Source: a candidate division WOR-3 bacterium
GTDB taxonomy: Bacteria > Hydrothermota > Hydrothermia > LBFQ01 > DSFT01
Length of the DNA stretch: 49,192 bases
Assembly: GCA_965649115.1 (NCBI GenBank)
Contig: CBFGJN010000007.1
Coordinates: 1 to 49,192, forward strand
Reading direction: 5' to 3'
Made by a program: the position numbers and the translations under genes
The notes under the pieces: generated by a model
Seen by the model: only the letters and a program-made list of their open reading frames with translations
Databases searched by the model: none
Told to the model about the DNA's origin: nothing
In this document: positions 18,433 to 29,555 of the stretch, one piece after another
Position numbering within the stretch: position 1 is the first letter of the stretch
Layout of the letters: each line of letters begins with the position of its first letter

Positions 18433-21045
18433 ATGCTCTTAATAATTTCTATTTTTGATACCAAACTATTAGAGAAGCTTAAATCATATAAAAATGATGA
18501 TTATATTGATGTTCTTATTGTATTAAAGGACCAAAAAGTTCTAAAAGAAAGTTCTAATTACTTAAATAATGTAAATTCTCTAAAATATTATCACTTTAAT
18601 AGTCAAACTAATTTTTTGAATTATTTAAAGACACTTGATATATTAGAATTTAAACAATTTTGGGTAATTAACGCTATTTGGGTTAGAATAAGAGTTAGAG
18701 ATTTGTGGAAATTAGAAAGTAGAAAAGATATAGAAAAAATTTATTATGACAAAGATAATTTTTTTATTTTTTCAGATATAAAAGAAGGTTCAAGAATAAT
18801 GCTTGATACTCCAACTTATGGAATTAAATTAATTAAAGCAGATAGTGTTTGGATTAAGTACAATATAAAAGGAAGAGGAGTTATAATAGGTAGTATTGAT
18901 ACAGGGGTTGATACGACTCATCCGGCATTAAGAGGAAAAATTTTGAGTTATTGGCTTGACGCAGTAAATTACCAAAATTATCCTTATGATGACCATAACC
19001 ATGGAACACATACGATTGGAACGATGGTTGCAGATTCAAATATAGGTGTTGCACCAGAAGCAAAAGTAATAGCTTGTAAAGCATTTAATAAGTATGGTAG
19101 TGGAAGTGATTTTTCAATTTTATCTTGTATTGAATTTTTTGCTGAACTTAAAGCAAATTATGGATTAGATATTAGAATTATAAACAATTCTTGGGGGATA
19201 TATCCAGGTAATGATACTTGGCTTTGGAATGCTATTTGGAATGGATGGAGGGTAAATAATATAGTACCTGTTTTTGCTGTTGGTAATAAAGGACCAAATC
19301 CAGGGACAATTTATAGTCCTGGTGATTATCCATTTGTAATTGGTGTTGGAGCAGTTGATATTTCAGACACAGTTGTTAATTTTTCAAGTAGAGGTCCAGC
19401 TCCAAATAATACACCATACAATGATATTTCTTTTTGGTCAAGAATTGATTGGAATTATATTAAGCCAGATATTATGGCACCAGGCAGAAATGTTTATTCA
19501 ACAATTAGAAATGGAAGTTATGGATATGGAAATGGGACTTCTATGGCTGCACCGCATGTTTCAGGCGTAATTGCTTTAATGCTTGAAAAAAACCCAAATT
19601 TAAGCTATTATCAAATTTATCAAATTATAACAGATATAGCAAGGGATAGGAATTGTAATGAAGTTATTTGGCCAAATAACAATTGCGGATGGGGAAGGAT
19701 AAATGCTCTAAAAGCAATTGAAAGTATAACTTATGGAAGTTTTGCTTATTTAGTTTTTATAGATAAAAACATCTATGATAAAGATAATAATGGAAAAATT
19801 GAACCAAATGAAACAGTTTATGTAGATATAAAAATTAGAAATGTGGGTTATGATACACTAAAAAATATATATGCGAAAATTTCAACAAATTCAAACTTAG
19901 TTAATGTTAATATAATAAAAGATTCAATTTATTTTGGAAACTTACCACCACAATTTGAAATAAATGCATTTGCTATTGGTGATAGTTTTAAGTTTTTAGC
20001 TAATAATTTTAATGATGGTGATAGTGTAATTTTTAATCTTTTAATTTCAAATAAAAACTACAAGTTTAAAGTAATTCTTGGAGAAATACCAATCGGAACT
20101 GCTACAATTGACACAACAATTTCAAGCTTATCGTTTTCAAACAATGGAGAATTTAAAGAATTTAAATTTCCAAAAGATAGTTCAAATTTATTATATTTTG
20201 GTTCAATAGCATTTGGAAATTCCGAAAACTATTTAAGTGATAATTTTTACAATTCAAAAGACATTTATAACATTTGGGGAATATATAAATCAAATGATTA
20301 TTTAGATGAAAATTATAAGTTCATTACAGGTGATGGGAAAATTAAAGTTATAGGTAATTTTTATGGAAAGCAAAATGACAGCATAATCTATTTGATTTAT
20401 ACTATTAAGAATGTTTCTAACAATTTTATAAACAACTTTTTATTTGGTTTATTTATGGATTTTGACATTAAAAATCCTAATAATGATTTTGGTTGGTCTT
20501 TAAGATGCTCAAATAATTATGGTGGGATTGTTTTAAAGTCAAATGATTACAATTATTTTATAGGAGTTTTTTTAATAAATGGAATTTTCAAATCAAGCAG
20601 AATTTTTCCAAATAATATAACTTTAAATAAAACAAACAAATTCAATCTACTAAATGGGACACTCGGAGATAGCATTAACTTAAATCCAAATGATTATTCA
20701 ATTGTTATATCATCAGGTCCTTACTTTCTAAATGTAAATGATAGTATTATTTTAAAATTCATTATTTTTGCTTCAAAAGATACAATAAAGTGTAATTCAA
20801 CTCATTTGAGTGAAAAAAATGTTTTTAAAATTGATAATAAAAATTCTTATTTAATTTTAAATCTTGAAAAAGGCACTAATGTTAAATATGAAATTTATGA
20901 TGTTAGTGGAAGGTTAATAAGCAATTATGAGAGCTTCCTAAGCAAAGGATATTATAAGCTAAAACTTAAAGTTAAGAGGGGTATTTATGTTTTAAATGTT
21001 AAAATAAATGAGAAAAAATATCGTCTGAAAATTTTGCTCTTTTAA
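18433..21045 (+). CDS. S8 subtilisin-like serine protease with prodomain and T9SS-type CTD
   Basis: IDTG, HGTHTIG, GTSMAAPHV catalytic triad; IYDVSGRLI ... GIYVLNV. Confidence 0.92.
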   Translation: MLLIISIFDTKLLEKLKSYKNDDYIDVLIVLKDQKVLKESSNYLNNVNSLKYYHFNSQTNFLNYLKTLDILEFKQFWVINAIWVRIRVRDLWKLESRKDIEKIYYDKDNFFIFSDIKEGSRIMLDTPTYGIKLIKADSVWIKYNIKGRGVIIGSIDTGVDTTHPALRGKILSYWLDAVNYQNYPYDDHNHGTHTIGTMVADSNIGVAPEAKVIACKAFNKYGSGSDFSILSCIEFFAELKANYGLDIRIINNSWGIYPGNDTWLWNAIWNGWRVNNIVPVFAVGNKGPNPGTIYSPGDYPFVIGVGAVDISDTVVNFSSRGPAPNNTPYNDISFWSRIDWNYIKPDIMAPGRNVYSTIRNGSYGYGNGTSMAAPHVSGVIALMLEKNPNLSYYQIYQIITDIARDRNCNEVIWPNNNCGWGRINALKAIESITYGSFAYLVFIDKNIYDKDNNGKIEPNETVYVDIKIRNVGYDTLKNIYAKISTNSNLVNVNIIKDSIYFGNLPPQFEINAFAIGDSFKFLANNFNDGDSVIFNLLISNKNYKFKVILGEIPIGTATIDTTISSLSFSNNGEFKEFKFPKDSSNLLYFGSIAFGNSENYLSDNFYNSKDIYNIWGIYKSNDYLDENYKFITGDGKIKVIGNFYGKQNDSIIYLIYTIKNVSNNFINNFLFGLFMDFDIKNPNNDFGWSLRCSNNYGGIVLKSNDYNYFIGVFLINGIFKSSRIFPNNITLNKTNKFNLLNGTLGDSINLNPNDYSIVISSGPYFLNVNDSIILKFIIFASKDTIKCNSTHLSEKNVFKIDNKNSYLILNLEKGTNVKYEIYDVSGRLISNYESFLSKGYYKLKLKVKRGIYVLNVKINEKKYRLKILLF

Positions 21046-21082
21046 AGAAGGGCGAAAGTGTTAAAACCTTTAAAATTTCAAA

Positions 21083-21958
21083 ATGATTTTCTTAACTTTC
21101 TTATATGAAATTAAAGTTATAGACGGAACAAAAAATGAACCTGTTGATTCCGCAGTATCATATATATTTAAAATTACACAAAATAATGTTGAATTAATAG
21201 ATAGTTATAAAGTTAAAAATGGGATTTTGAAATTTGAAATTAAAGATACTTCAGTTAAAGCAATTGGTATTCAAACGGATTATAAGGGATTTAGTTTTTA
21301 TAGTCCTGTTATAAATTTACCTATTAAAAATGAAAGTTTATTTGTATATCAAGTTAGCAATGAAGGTAATGTTCAATTTAAAGAATATGGTGCTTTTATT
21401 GTAAATCAAGATAGTATAATAATGGTAGCAGAGGATATTATTTTATCAGTAAATTCAAATAATGCTTTAATTCCAAAAGAACCTATAAAATTAGTTCTTC
21501 CAAAAGGCTTTGAAAATTTTAGATATAATGGTCTTCCACACGATAGTGTCCAAATTGTTGGTGAAAGTCTTTTAATTAAACCATTTATTATTCCAAATAA
21601 TAACAACCTTATTAGTTTCGTTTATATGGTTAAAAAGAAATTATTGCTTGAAAGGAATTTTGGTAATATAAATTACACCGTAGCAATAAGAAAAGACTTA
21701 AAACATAATATTAAAAACTTATCAAAAGGAGATATTCAAAAAATGGGAAATATAGATATACAACTATATAGAGGAAATAAACCTTTTAGTGTTCAGGCAA
21801 GCGTTATGCCATCATTTGATCTAATTAATTTGATAAATAAAAATAGATTTGTTATTGCTGGAATTGTTATTGCCATTATCGTAATAATCATTTTAATTTT
21901 ACAATCAAGAAATAAAGATGAAACTAAAAGTAAAACATCTAACGAAAAAAATCAATAA
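21083..21958 (+). CDS. Hypothetical exported protein with a C-terminal membrane anchor
   Basis: Short hydrophobic N-terminus; FVIAGIVIAIIVIIILIL helix. Confidence 0.75.
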   Translation: MIFLTFLYEIKVIDGTKNEPVDSAVSYIFKITQNNVELIDSYKVKNGILKFEIKDTSVKAIGIQTDYKGFSFYSPVINLPIKNESLFVYQVSNEGNVQFKEYGAFIVNQDSIIMVAEDIILSVNSNNALIPKEPIKLVLPKGFENFRYNGLPHDSVQIVGESLLIKPFIIPNNNNLISFVYMVKKKLLLERNFGNINYTVAIRKDLKHNIKNLSKGDIQKMGNIDIQLYRGNKPFSVQASVMPSFDLINLINKNRFVIAGIVIAIIVIIILILQSRNKDETKSKTSNEKNQ

Positions 21959-22463
21959 TAAAATAATTTTTGAAAATGTAAGTTTTGAAATAGAAAGTGG
22001 AATTTTATTAATAAGAGGTCCAAATGGTTCAGGAAAAACAACACTACTTAAAATTTTAGCAGGTTTTGAAAAACCATCATCAGGAGAAGTAATTTATGAA
22101 AACATAAATAATTTTGAAATTTCATATCTTGGGCATAAACTTGGAATTTATATGGAATTAACTGTTTTAGAAAACTTAAAATTTTTTGGATTTGATGAGA
22201 AATTAGTAGAAATTTTTAAATTAGAAAAATTTTTAAACTACAAGGTAAAACTTCTTTCAAGGGGCTCTTTACAGAAGATAGGTATTATTAGAGCATTATC
22301 AAAAAAATCAAAACTATATTTACTTGATGAACCATTTACATCGCTTGATGAGGATTCAAAAAGAATTTCTCTTGAAGTTATAAAATCTTTATCAAAAAAT
22401 AAAATTTTTATTATAACAACTCACGAAAATATTGAAATATCAAAAAACTATATTTTTCTTTAA
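21918..22463 (+). CDS. ABC ATP-binding protein, CcmA-like
   Basis: GPNGSGKTT, YLGHK, LTVLENL, LSRG, LLDEPF. Confidence 0.85.
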   Translation: MKLKVKHLTKKINNKIIFENVSFEIESGILLIRGPNGSGKTTLLKILAGFEKPSSGEVIYENINNFEISYLGHKLGIYMELTVLENLKFFGFDEKLVEIFKLEKFLNYKVKLLSRGSLQKIGIIRALSKKSKLYLLDEPFTSLDEDSKRISLEVIKSLSKNKIFIITTHENIEISKNYIFL

Positions 22464-22479
22464 TTAAGCATTAAAAAAC

Positions 22480-22595
22480 TGCTGTGTCTAGTAATTTGGC
22501 ACACCCGCTCTTAAAATAAGGCTACGTCTTATAAATATCCCAACTTTTGCCTACGGGAGGCTTTGCCCCATTAAACCCCCACAATAAATCAGCTG
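22480..22595 (-). mobile_element. Degenerate MITE-like copy
   Basis: tgctgtgtctagtaatt terminus, aaggctacgtctt. Confidence 0.7.
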
Positions 22596-22599
22596 TTTT

Positions 22600-23637
22600 C
22601 TAAAAAATAAAATCCACAATTTCTATTCCAAATCCTTCAATACCTTTATAGTTTAAAGGATTTGGAGTTATCACAATAATTTTTTCATATCCTAAATCTC
22701 TAATAATTTGGGCACCTATTCCATAGTTTCTAAATACCTTATCCTTTTCATTTAAATTATCATCTACATCCAAATAAATAAATGCTCCCCCATTTTTTGA
22801 AATTATCTCTAATGCTCTTCTTTTCTTTCCATAATTAATATCATCAATTATAAATAACTCATCAGCTAAAATAAACCTCCTATGAACTCTAACAAATTTA
22901 ATTTTTTCAGAACTTGGTTTTTCAAGAACATAATGAATTTTATTATAAATATCCTTATAAGTGTGAAGTTTAAATTCTCCATATTCAGTTTTAACCTCTT
23001 TTTCAAAAATTTTTTGAACAATCCTTTCCTTTTTAAATCTATAAGCGATCAAATCTCTAATTGTCGTAATTTTAAGATTGAATTTTTTAGCAATTTCAAT
23101 AAGTTTTGACATTCTTGCCATATTTCCATCATCATCCATTATCTCACATATAACACCAGCGGGATAAAAATTAGCAATTTTAGATAAATCTACACTTGCC
23201 TCCGTGTGTCCGGCTCTTTCAAGAACCCCTCCTTTTCTACCACACAATGTATATAAATGTCCAGGTTTTATAAAATCATCTTTTCCTTTTGTTTCATCAC
23301 AAACCATTCTGGCAGTTAAAGCTCTTTCATATGCAGATGTTCCAGTTTTAACATCTTTATAATCAATTGGATAACCAAATGGCGTTGAAAACTTTGAAGT
23401 ATTTTCAATAGGAACCTCTAAATCAAGCATATGAAATCTTTCATAATTTATTGAAATACAAACTAAACCACCACCTACCCTTGCCATAAAATTAATATGC
23501 TCTGGCTTAACAATTTGAGCTGGAATAAAAAAATCACCTTCGTTCTCTCTATCTTCATCATCTACTATAATAATTATATTTCCATTTTTGATTTCCTCAA
23601 TAGCAGTTTCTATACTTACAATCAAATTATTTTCCAT
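22600..23637 (-). CDS. ribB: 3,4-dihydroxy-2-butanone-4-phosphate synthase fused to a degenerate GTP cyclohydrolase II-like domain
   Basis: DDEDRENEGD, RAGHTEASVDL, VICEI; C-domain has GIGAQI but lacks the Zn-binding cysteines. Confidence 0.9.
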   Translation of the reverse strand: MENNLIVSIETAIEEIKNGNIIIIVDDEDRENEGDFFIPAQIVKPEHINFMARVGGGLVCISINYERFHMLDLEVPIENTSKFSTPFGYPIDYKDVKTGTSAYERALTARMVCDETKGKDDFIKPGHLYTLCGRKGGVLERAGHTEASVDLSKIANFYPAGVICEIMDDDGNMARMSKLIEIAKKFNLKITTIRDLIAYRFKKERIVQKIFEKEVKTEYGEFKLHTYKDIYNKIHYVLEKPSSEKIKFVRVHRRFILADELFIIDDINYGKKRRALEIISKNGGAFIYLDVDDNLNEKDKVFRNYGIGAQIIRDLGYEKIIVITPNPLNYKGIEGFGIEIVDFIF

Positions 23638-24959
23638 TTTGTTCCTTCTTTTGTGTCTTCTAAAATAATACCAATTTCTCTCAATCTATTTCTTATTTTA
23701 TCTGAAATTTCAAAATTTCTTTGTTTTCTTAAATCTTGTCTAACTTCTATAATTAAATTAATTAATTCTTCAAGTTTGTTATTCTTTTTCTCAAAATCCA
23801 AATTGAACCCTAAAACATTTAAAATCATTCTAATTGTAAATGCAATGTCATTTGCAATTTCAAAATTTTTATATGCTAAGTTTATGTGTTCAAAAATAAT
23901 AGCAAGTGCCTTTGGTGTATTTAAATTTTCATCCATAGCTAATTCAAATTGTTTTAATAATTCATTATAAATTTTTCCTTCATCCTTAAATTCCAATAAG
24001 AAATTTTTAATCCTGTGCCAACTATTTTTAGCATCTTCTAATAATTCATTTGAAAATTCAAGAGGTGATCTATAATGAGCTTTTAGAAAGAAAAGCCTTA
24101 TAACATTAGGCTCATAATGTTCTAATAAATCTTTTGCAGAGAAAAATAATCCTGTTGATTTTGACATCTTTTCACCACCAATTGTCAAAAAGCCAGTATG
24201 AATCCAAAAATTAGAAAATACCTGACCTGTAAAAGCCTCACTTTGAGCTATTTCATTTTCATGATGAGGAAAAATTAAGTCTTCTGCTCCTCCATGAATA
24301 TCTATTGTTTTTCCAAGATGAGTAATACTCATAGCTGAGCATTCAATATGCCAACCTGGTCTTCCTTTTGAAAAAGGACTGTACCAATAAGGCTCTCCTT
24401 CCTTATATGCTTTCCATAAAGCAAAATCATAAGGTTTCCTTTTTGAAGGGTCAGGCTCAATCCTATAACCACTTATTAATTCATCTAAGCTCTTTTTTGA
24501 AAGTTTTCCATAATTTTCAAATTTCTCAACATCAAACCAAACATTTCCATTACTTATATATGCAAAGTTTTTATTTAATAAACTTTGAATAATTTCTATA
24601 ATTTCTTGAATATGAAGCGTAGCTTTTGGATAAAATTCAACATCTTTGAAATTCATTATCTTGGCATATTTAATATATTCGCTTTCATATTTATATGCTA
24701 ATTTTCTCCAATCAATGTTTAGTTCTTTTGATTTATTTATAATTTTATCGTCAATATCAGTAAAATTCTGAACATATATTACTTCATATCCTTTATACTC
24801 CAAATATCTTCTTAAAACATCAAAACTTGTAAAGGTTCTAAGGTGCCCCGCATGGGGCACATCTTGAACTGTCATTCCACAAACGTACATTCTAACCTTA
24901 TTTTTTTCAATTGGTTTGAATTCCCTTAATTTTGAAGATAAGGTGTCAAAAAGTCTCAT
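23622..24959 (-). CDS. cysS: Cysteine--tRNA ligase
   Basis: YVCG, HAGH, GRPGWHIECSAM, FPHHENE, KMSKS. Confidence 0.97.
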   Translation of the reverse strand: MRLFDTLSSKLREFKPIEKNKVRMYVCGMTVQDVPHAGHLRTFTSFDVLRRYLEYKGYEVIYVQNFTDIDDKIINKSKELNIDWRKLAYKYESEYIKYAKIMNFKDVEFYPKATLHIQEIIEIIQSLLNKNFAYISNGNVWFDVEKFENYGKLSKKSLDELISGYRIEPDPSKRKPYDFALWKAYKEGEPYWYSPFSKGRPGWHIECSAMSITHLGKTIDIHGGAEDLIFPHHENEIAQSEAFTGQVFSNFWIHTGFLTIGGEKMSKSTGLFFSAKDLLEHYEPNVIRLFFLKAHYRSPLEFSNELLEDAKNSWHRIKNFLLEFKDEGKIYNELLKQFELAMDENLNTPKALAIIFEHINLAYKNFEIANDIAFTIRMILNVLGFNLDFEKKNNKLEELINLIIEVRQDLRKQRNFEISDKIRNRLREIGIILEDTKEGTKWKII

Positions 24960-24961
24960 AC

Positions 24962-27580
24962 TTAATTATTTATTAATTTATAAGTTCTTTCATTTACTTT
25001 TAAAATATATATTCCTTTTGACTTAATAGGGATTTTGTGTATTCCATATTGAGCTGATTTAATTTCTGAATGATGAATTTTATAACCACTAACTGAATAA
25101 AGAGAGATATTTAAATTCTGAGCTTGCTTAAAGTGATACTTAATTAGAATTTGTGAATTTTTAATAGATGGATATATACCAAAGGGTATTAGTCCAACTT
25201 CATCAGATGAACTTATAAAGCAATTAAGAACTGCTGACATGAACTCTTCTCTTTTATTCCAACCTGTTTGGGTATTACTTATTGCTTCAAAAGGTCCTGC
25301 CAAGAAAACTGTTTTACATGGGATTTGATAAACAACTGCTCCACCATAATCTCCACTTCCTGTAACACCTGTCCATCTAAATGCTCTTCTTGAATTAGGA
25401 TTATTAGGTGCTATATTATCATCAGAATTTGCATTTTGTGCCCCGTCTGGATTTACTAATCTAAATTTTAAACCATTTCCAACAGGATCACCCGTTTCTC
25501 CAACAATTGTCTTATAAGCAATACCTGTTTGAACGATATTAGCACCGAGATAACTTTGAATGAATTGACTTCCTATTGGATCTTCTGCCAAGTACTGACT
25601 TGAAATGAATAGTTTTTTACCTGAATTTAACCAAGCTATTAGAGAATCTCTTTCTGCTGATGTTAAAACATCAGTATTTCTATTACCTGTATGCCAAATG
25701 ATAATTTCTCTTGTATTAGATCTAAACAACTGTGGTTCATTAAATCTAACAAGTTCATAAACTTTATTTAAACTATCTAATGCAGAAGTATAGTAGGTTT
25801 CAAAATTCGTTAAAGTGTCAGCATCTACTACAAGAATTTTAGGAAATCCAATAATTAATCTTAAATTTATTATTGTATCAGCATTTTGAGGCGTTGAGTT
25901 AACTTTAACTTTAAAATCCCAAAATCTTGGTTCAGTTCCACTTACACTAACTTCAAAGAAATCCGAAGGTTCTAAAATTTGTCCCATATTTAAATTGCTA
26001 ACATTTATATCTCCATCTACAACATTTATATTTGGATCATCATTTATAAGCTGTAAGCTAACATTAGAAGCATCTCTATAACATCTTGGATTTGAAATTG
26101 TTAAGAATAGTTTAACCTGCTCACCAACTTCTGCTCTCTGATTATTATTATAATTACTATCATCAACTCTAATTTTCAAAATACTTACACCTGCAAATTT
26201 AGCCATTCTAACTGCTTTAAACATATTCACTCTTCCGCTTCCAAGTTTTCCAGCATAAGATGGATTAAGAGCATCTATATTATCAGTAGAGCATATTAGG
26301 ATTGAATCAACTTCATCAACACTTAAACTAGAATTTGCAGCCTTTATCATTGCTCCAACACCAGCAGCGGATGGACTTGCCATAGATGTTCCAGAATAAG
26401 CTGCATAAATAAAACTATTACTTGTAGAGTTCCAAGCAGTGGAATAAACAGGGTCACCAGGTGCTGAAACATCTACACAAGAACCATAATTTGACCAACT
26501 AGGTTTTTGATCATTCTGATTTGTTGCTGCAACACATATTGTAGCATCGTTATAGCAGCAAGGATACCTTGGCGATGAACCTACATCAGCACCTTCATTC
26601 CCAGCTGCTGCATAATTATTTGCACCCATACTTCTTGCATATAACAGTGCGTTTCTTGCAGAATTATTATAATTTGGACCTCCATAAGAATGATTAGTTA
26701 TGTGAGCACCTTTGTTAGCAGCATAATAAGTACCATTTATTGCATTATAGATATATCCACAGGCTCCTGTTTGAAGAGCCATAGCTTTTGCATTCCAAGC
26801 CTCACCAGCAACACCAACATTGTTATTAGTCCAGGCTGCCATAATTCCACTAACATGTGTTCCGTGATCGTCATAAGTAGCATTACAAGGATTTGGTTTT
26901 GGATTATTATCATTGCCATAAAAGTCCCAGCCTATTAAGTCATCAATAAAACCATTACCATCATTATCTGCATTATTTAGATCGCCAGGGTCAAATTGCC
27001 AGGTTGAACCATTAAAAATTAGCGTTTTACCATTTCCATTAGCATCTTCACCTAAGTTATTCCATATTATACCTCCAAGGTCAGGATGGTCCCAAGCAAC
27101 ACCACCATCAATAGCAGCAACTACAATATTATCTGCTTTTGTAATGTCCCAAGCATTAAATGCTTGAATTTTTGGAAGATGCCACTGATTTGAAATAAGA
27201 GGGTCATTAGGAACAATATCCATTTTATAAATAAACCAAGGTTCTACATATTCAAACATTCCTGTTGATTCTAGATCTCTTATCACTTTATAAACATCAA
27301 CTTCTGAATTAAAGTAAATAACGATTATCCTATCAAGACCAAATTCAATAGCCTTAGGAGTGATTTTACCAAGGATAAGACCTTCAACTGACTTTATATT
27401 TTGAGAATTTAAAACACTATTTACACTATTTGGAAGTTTATAAAACCTTGTAAGAGCACCATTTACATATTTCATATCTCTCAATTCAAATAGGGGAAGA
27501 TATTCTCTTTTTATTTGGGCAATTACCCTATCTTTGAAGTATAGATTTTGATCATTTAAGGTTAAAAGAAAAAACATCAT
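24962..27580 (-). CDS. S8 subtilisin-like serine protease with T9SS-type CTD
   Basis: IDGG, HGTHVSG, GTSMASP; LYSVSGYKI ... GIYILKV. Confidence 0.92.
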   Translation of the reverse strand: MMFFLLTLNDQNLYFKDRVIAQIKREYLPLFELRDMKYVNGALTRFYKLPNSVNSVLNSQNIKSVEGLILGKITPKAIEFGLDRIIVIYFNSEVDVYKVIRDLESTGMFEYVEPWFIYKMDIVPNDPLISNQWHLPKIQAFNAWDITKADNIVVAAIDGGVAWDHPDLGGIIWNNLGEDANGNGKTLIFNGSTWQFDPGDLNNADNDGNGFIDDLIGWDFYGNDNNPKPNPCNATYDDHGTHVSGIMAAWTNNNVGVAGEAWNAKAMALQTGACGYIYNAINGTYYAANKGAHITNHSYGGPNYNNSARNALLYARSMGANNYAAAGNEGADVGSSPRYPCCYNDATICVAATNQNDQKPSWSNYGSCVDVSAPGDPVYSTAWNSTSNSFIYAAYSGTSMASPSAAGVGAMIKAANSSLSVDEVDSILICSTDNIDALNPSYAGKLGSGRVNMFKAVRMAKFAGVSILKIRVDDSNYNNNQRAEVGEQVKLFLTISNPRCYRDASNVSLQLINDDPNINVVDGDINVSNLNMGQILEPSDFFEVSVSGTEPRFWDFKVKVNSTPQNADTIINLRLIIGFPKILVVDADTLTNFETYYTSALDSLNKVYELVRFNEPQLFRSNTREIIIWHTGNRNTDVLTSAERDSLIAWLNSGKKLFISSQYLAEDPIGSQFIQSYLGANIVQTGIAYKTIVGETGDPVGNGLKFRLVNPDGAQNANSDDNIAPNNPNSRRAFRWTGVTGSGDYGGAVVYQIPCKTVFLAGPFEAISNTQTGWNKREEFMSAVLNCFISSSDEVGLIPFGIYPSIKNSQILIKYHFKQAQNLNISLYSVSGYKIHHSEIKSAQYGIHKIPIKSKGIYILKVNERTYKLINN

Positions 27581-27608
27581 ACTAAAATTTTAAAGGTTAG
27601 AGATTGGA

Positions 27609-27929
27609 TGACTTGTCTAATAATTCTGAAATTATTTATTTTTCTATGTTTTCCCCACTTACCCTGAAAATAAGCGAAATGTTTATAAATACCCATTTTT
27701 ATGCTTTGAAGCCTTTTTAATTGATAGTGTTCGGAAACCCCCTTTCAAAAGTTCAAAAATTTAATAAGTAATAAAACAGAGCTTTAAAAACTTTAATCAT
27801 TTTTTTCGGCATTGGGGGGCTTTTGCCCCCCAAAGCAAAAGATGGGGAATTTATAAGCCAAAGGCTTAAATTTAGGGTGAGTGGGCAAAAATAGTAAAAT
27901 AAATAATTTTGGAATTACTAGACACAGCA
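27609..27929. mobile_element. Two back-to-back MITE-like copies with R ends facing the two divergent promoters
   Basis: tgacttgtctaataattct at 27609; gaattactagacacagca ending at 27929; ggggggcttttgcccccc hairpin. Confidence 0.8.
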
Positions 27930-27964
27930 CCTAATTCTTTAATTATCCTTTAAAATTTTCAAAT

Positions 27965-28933
27965 ATGTTTGATGATATACTGGATATTCACTTTAAAAGG
28001 TGGGCAGAGGGAAAGAAAATTATTGAATTAGCACTTTTAAATGATGATATATTTTTAGATTTCTTTGAAACTAGAAAAAACTTATTTAATAAGAAACATT
28101 ACGAATTTATGTTAAAATTAAAAGATGGTTTTTCAGGTTATTTTGAATTTTTAGGTTCTATAAGCGAAAACAAAATTAAATTAAGAAATATCCTAAATGG
28201 TGAAACTTATGAAGTAATTTCTGATTTAAAGCCAATAAAGTTTGACATTATTATTTCAAGAATTTATGAAGATAGTGGAGAATTGAAATTGCTTGAAGAA
28301 TTATCATTTATTGTTCCTTACTTTCTAAAAAATAGATTAGATTTTAATCAACAACCCTATCAAAATTATTTAAATTTCATAAATCAAATAAATTTTACAA
28401 AAAATTGGGACGGCTTTGATTATAAAGAATATATATTTTTCTTTACAGTTGAAAATAATGATATCATAAGGTTTATTAACTTCATTAAAAAGACAAACTT
28501 TATTACAAAAACTGACATTGGATTTGTTATTAATTTGAAAGGGAAAATTTTAAAATTCCTAAAAAGACTTCCAATCTATCCAAATGAAATTATAAATGAT
28601 GCTGAATTTGGCATTATTACCTTAATTCCAGTTTCAGATAAAAGAGATATTCCAGTTATAACATTTTTTAGTATAGGTATGGCGAAAGCGTTCTTTGAAT
28701 ATGCAAAAAATAACTTAAAAATTGTAGGTTGTGCTATAAAGCAAGATGAAAACCTAAAAGAAATTAATTTTGAAGAAGAATTTAATAGTCAATATAAAAT
28801 TGATTTATTGGAATTTTATAATAGTAAAAAAACTTATAGTGAAGAAGAATTTAAATTTTACTATAATCTTGAAGCACATTTTAAAGAGATTGGTGCTTTA
28901 AATTTTCTTGAAATTCTTGAAAAGAATGAATGA
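27965..28933 (+). CDS. Hypothetical protein
   Basis: 322-aa ORF with TAAAAT box 8 nt upstream. Confidence 0.75.
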   Translation: MFDDILDIHFKRWAEGKKIIELALLNDDIFLDFFETRKNLFNKKHYEFMLKLKDGFSGYFEFLGSISENKIKLRNILNGETYEVISDLKPIKFDIIISRIYEDSGELKLLEELSFIVPYFLKNRLDFNQQPYQNYLNFINQINFTKNWDGFDYKEYIFFFTVENNDIIRFINFIKKTNFITKTDIGFVINLKGKILKFLKRLPIYPNEIINDAEFGIITLIPVSDKRDIPVITFFSIGMAKAFFEYAKNNLKIVGCAIKQDENLKEINFEEEFNSQYKIDLLEFYNSKKTYSEEEFKFYYNLEAHFKEIGALNFLEILEKNE

Positions 28934-29555
28934 ATTAGAGGCTCTTTTAAAAATTTATGGAATAAAAGAAATTTTTCTTCCTGAAAATTATTTTGATAAG
29001 CAGAAAATTTTGAAAATTTTTGAAGAAAAAATTAAAAATTGTACGAAGTGTGAATTACATAAAAGTAGAACAAAATTTGTTTTTGGAAGTGGTAATCCTT
29101 ATTCTCAAATTCTCATTATAGGTGAAGCACCTGGCTTTGAAGAAGATAAAAAAGGAAAACCATTTGTAGGAAAAGCTGGAAAACTATTAACAAGTATATT
29201 AGAAGAAATAGGCATAGATAGAGATAAAGATGTTTTTATAACAAATGTTGTAAAATGTCGTCCTCCAAACAATAGAGACCCAAAAGAAGTTGAGATTTTA
29301 ACATGTAAGCCTTATTTAGAATTTCAAATAAAAATAATATCTCCAAAGTTAATTGTAGCGCTTGGAAGGTATTCTGCTGGACTTTTAAGTGCAAGACCAC
29401 CAGAAAAAGCACTTCAAAATAGAGGCAAAATTATTGAAAGTATTTATAAAATTCCACTTTTAATAACTTATCATCCCGCTGCTGCATTAAGAAATCCAAA
29501 TTTAACACCAATTATAAAATCAGATTTAGAAAAAATTAAAGAATTCTTGAAATGA
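28926..29555 (+). CDS. Uracil-DNA glycosylase family 4 (Fe-S type); start moved to ATG 28926
   Basis: CTKCEL, GEAPG, PFVG, KCRPPNNR, TYHPAA. Confidence 0.92.
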   Translation: MNELEALLKIYGIKEIFLPENYFDKQKILKIFEEKIKNCTKCELHKSRTKFVFGSGNPYSQILIIGEAPGFEEDKKGKPFVGKAGKLLTSILEEIGIDRDKDVFITNVVKCRPPNNRDPKEVEILTCKPYLEFQIKIISPKLIVALGRYSAGLLSARPPEKALQNRGKIIESIYKIPLLITYHPAAALRNPNLTPIIKSDLEKIKEFLK

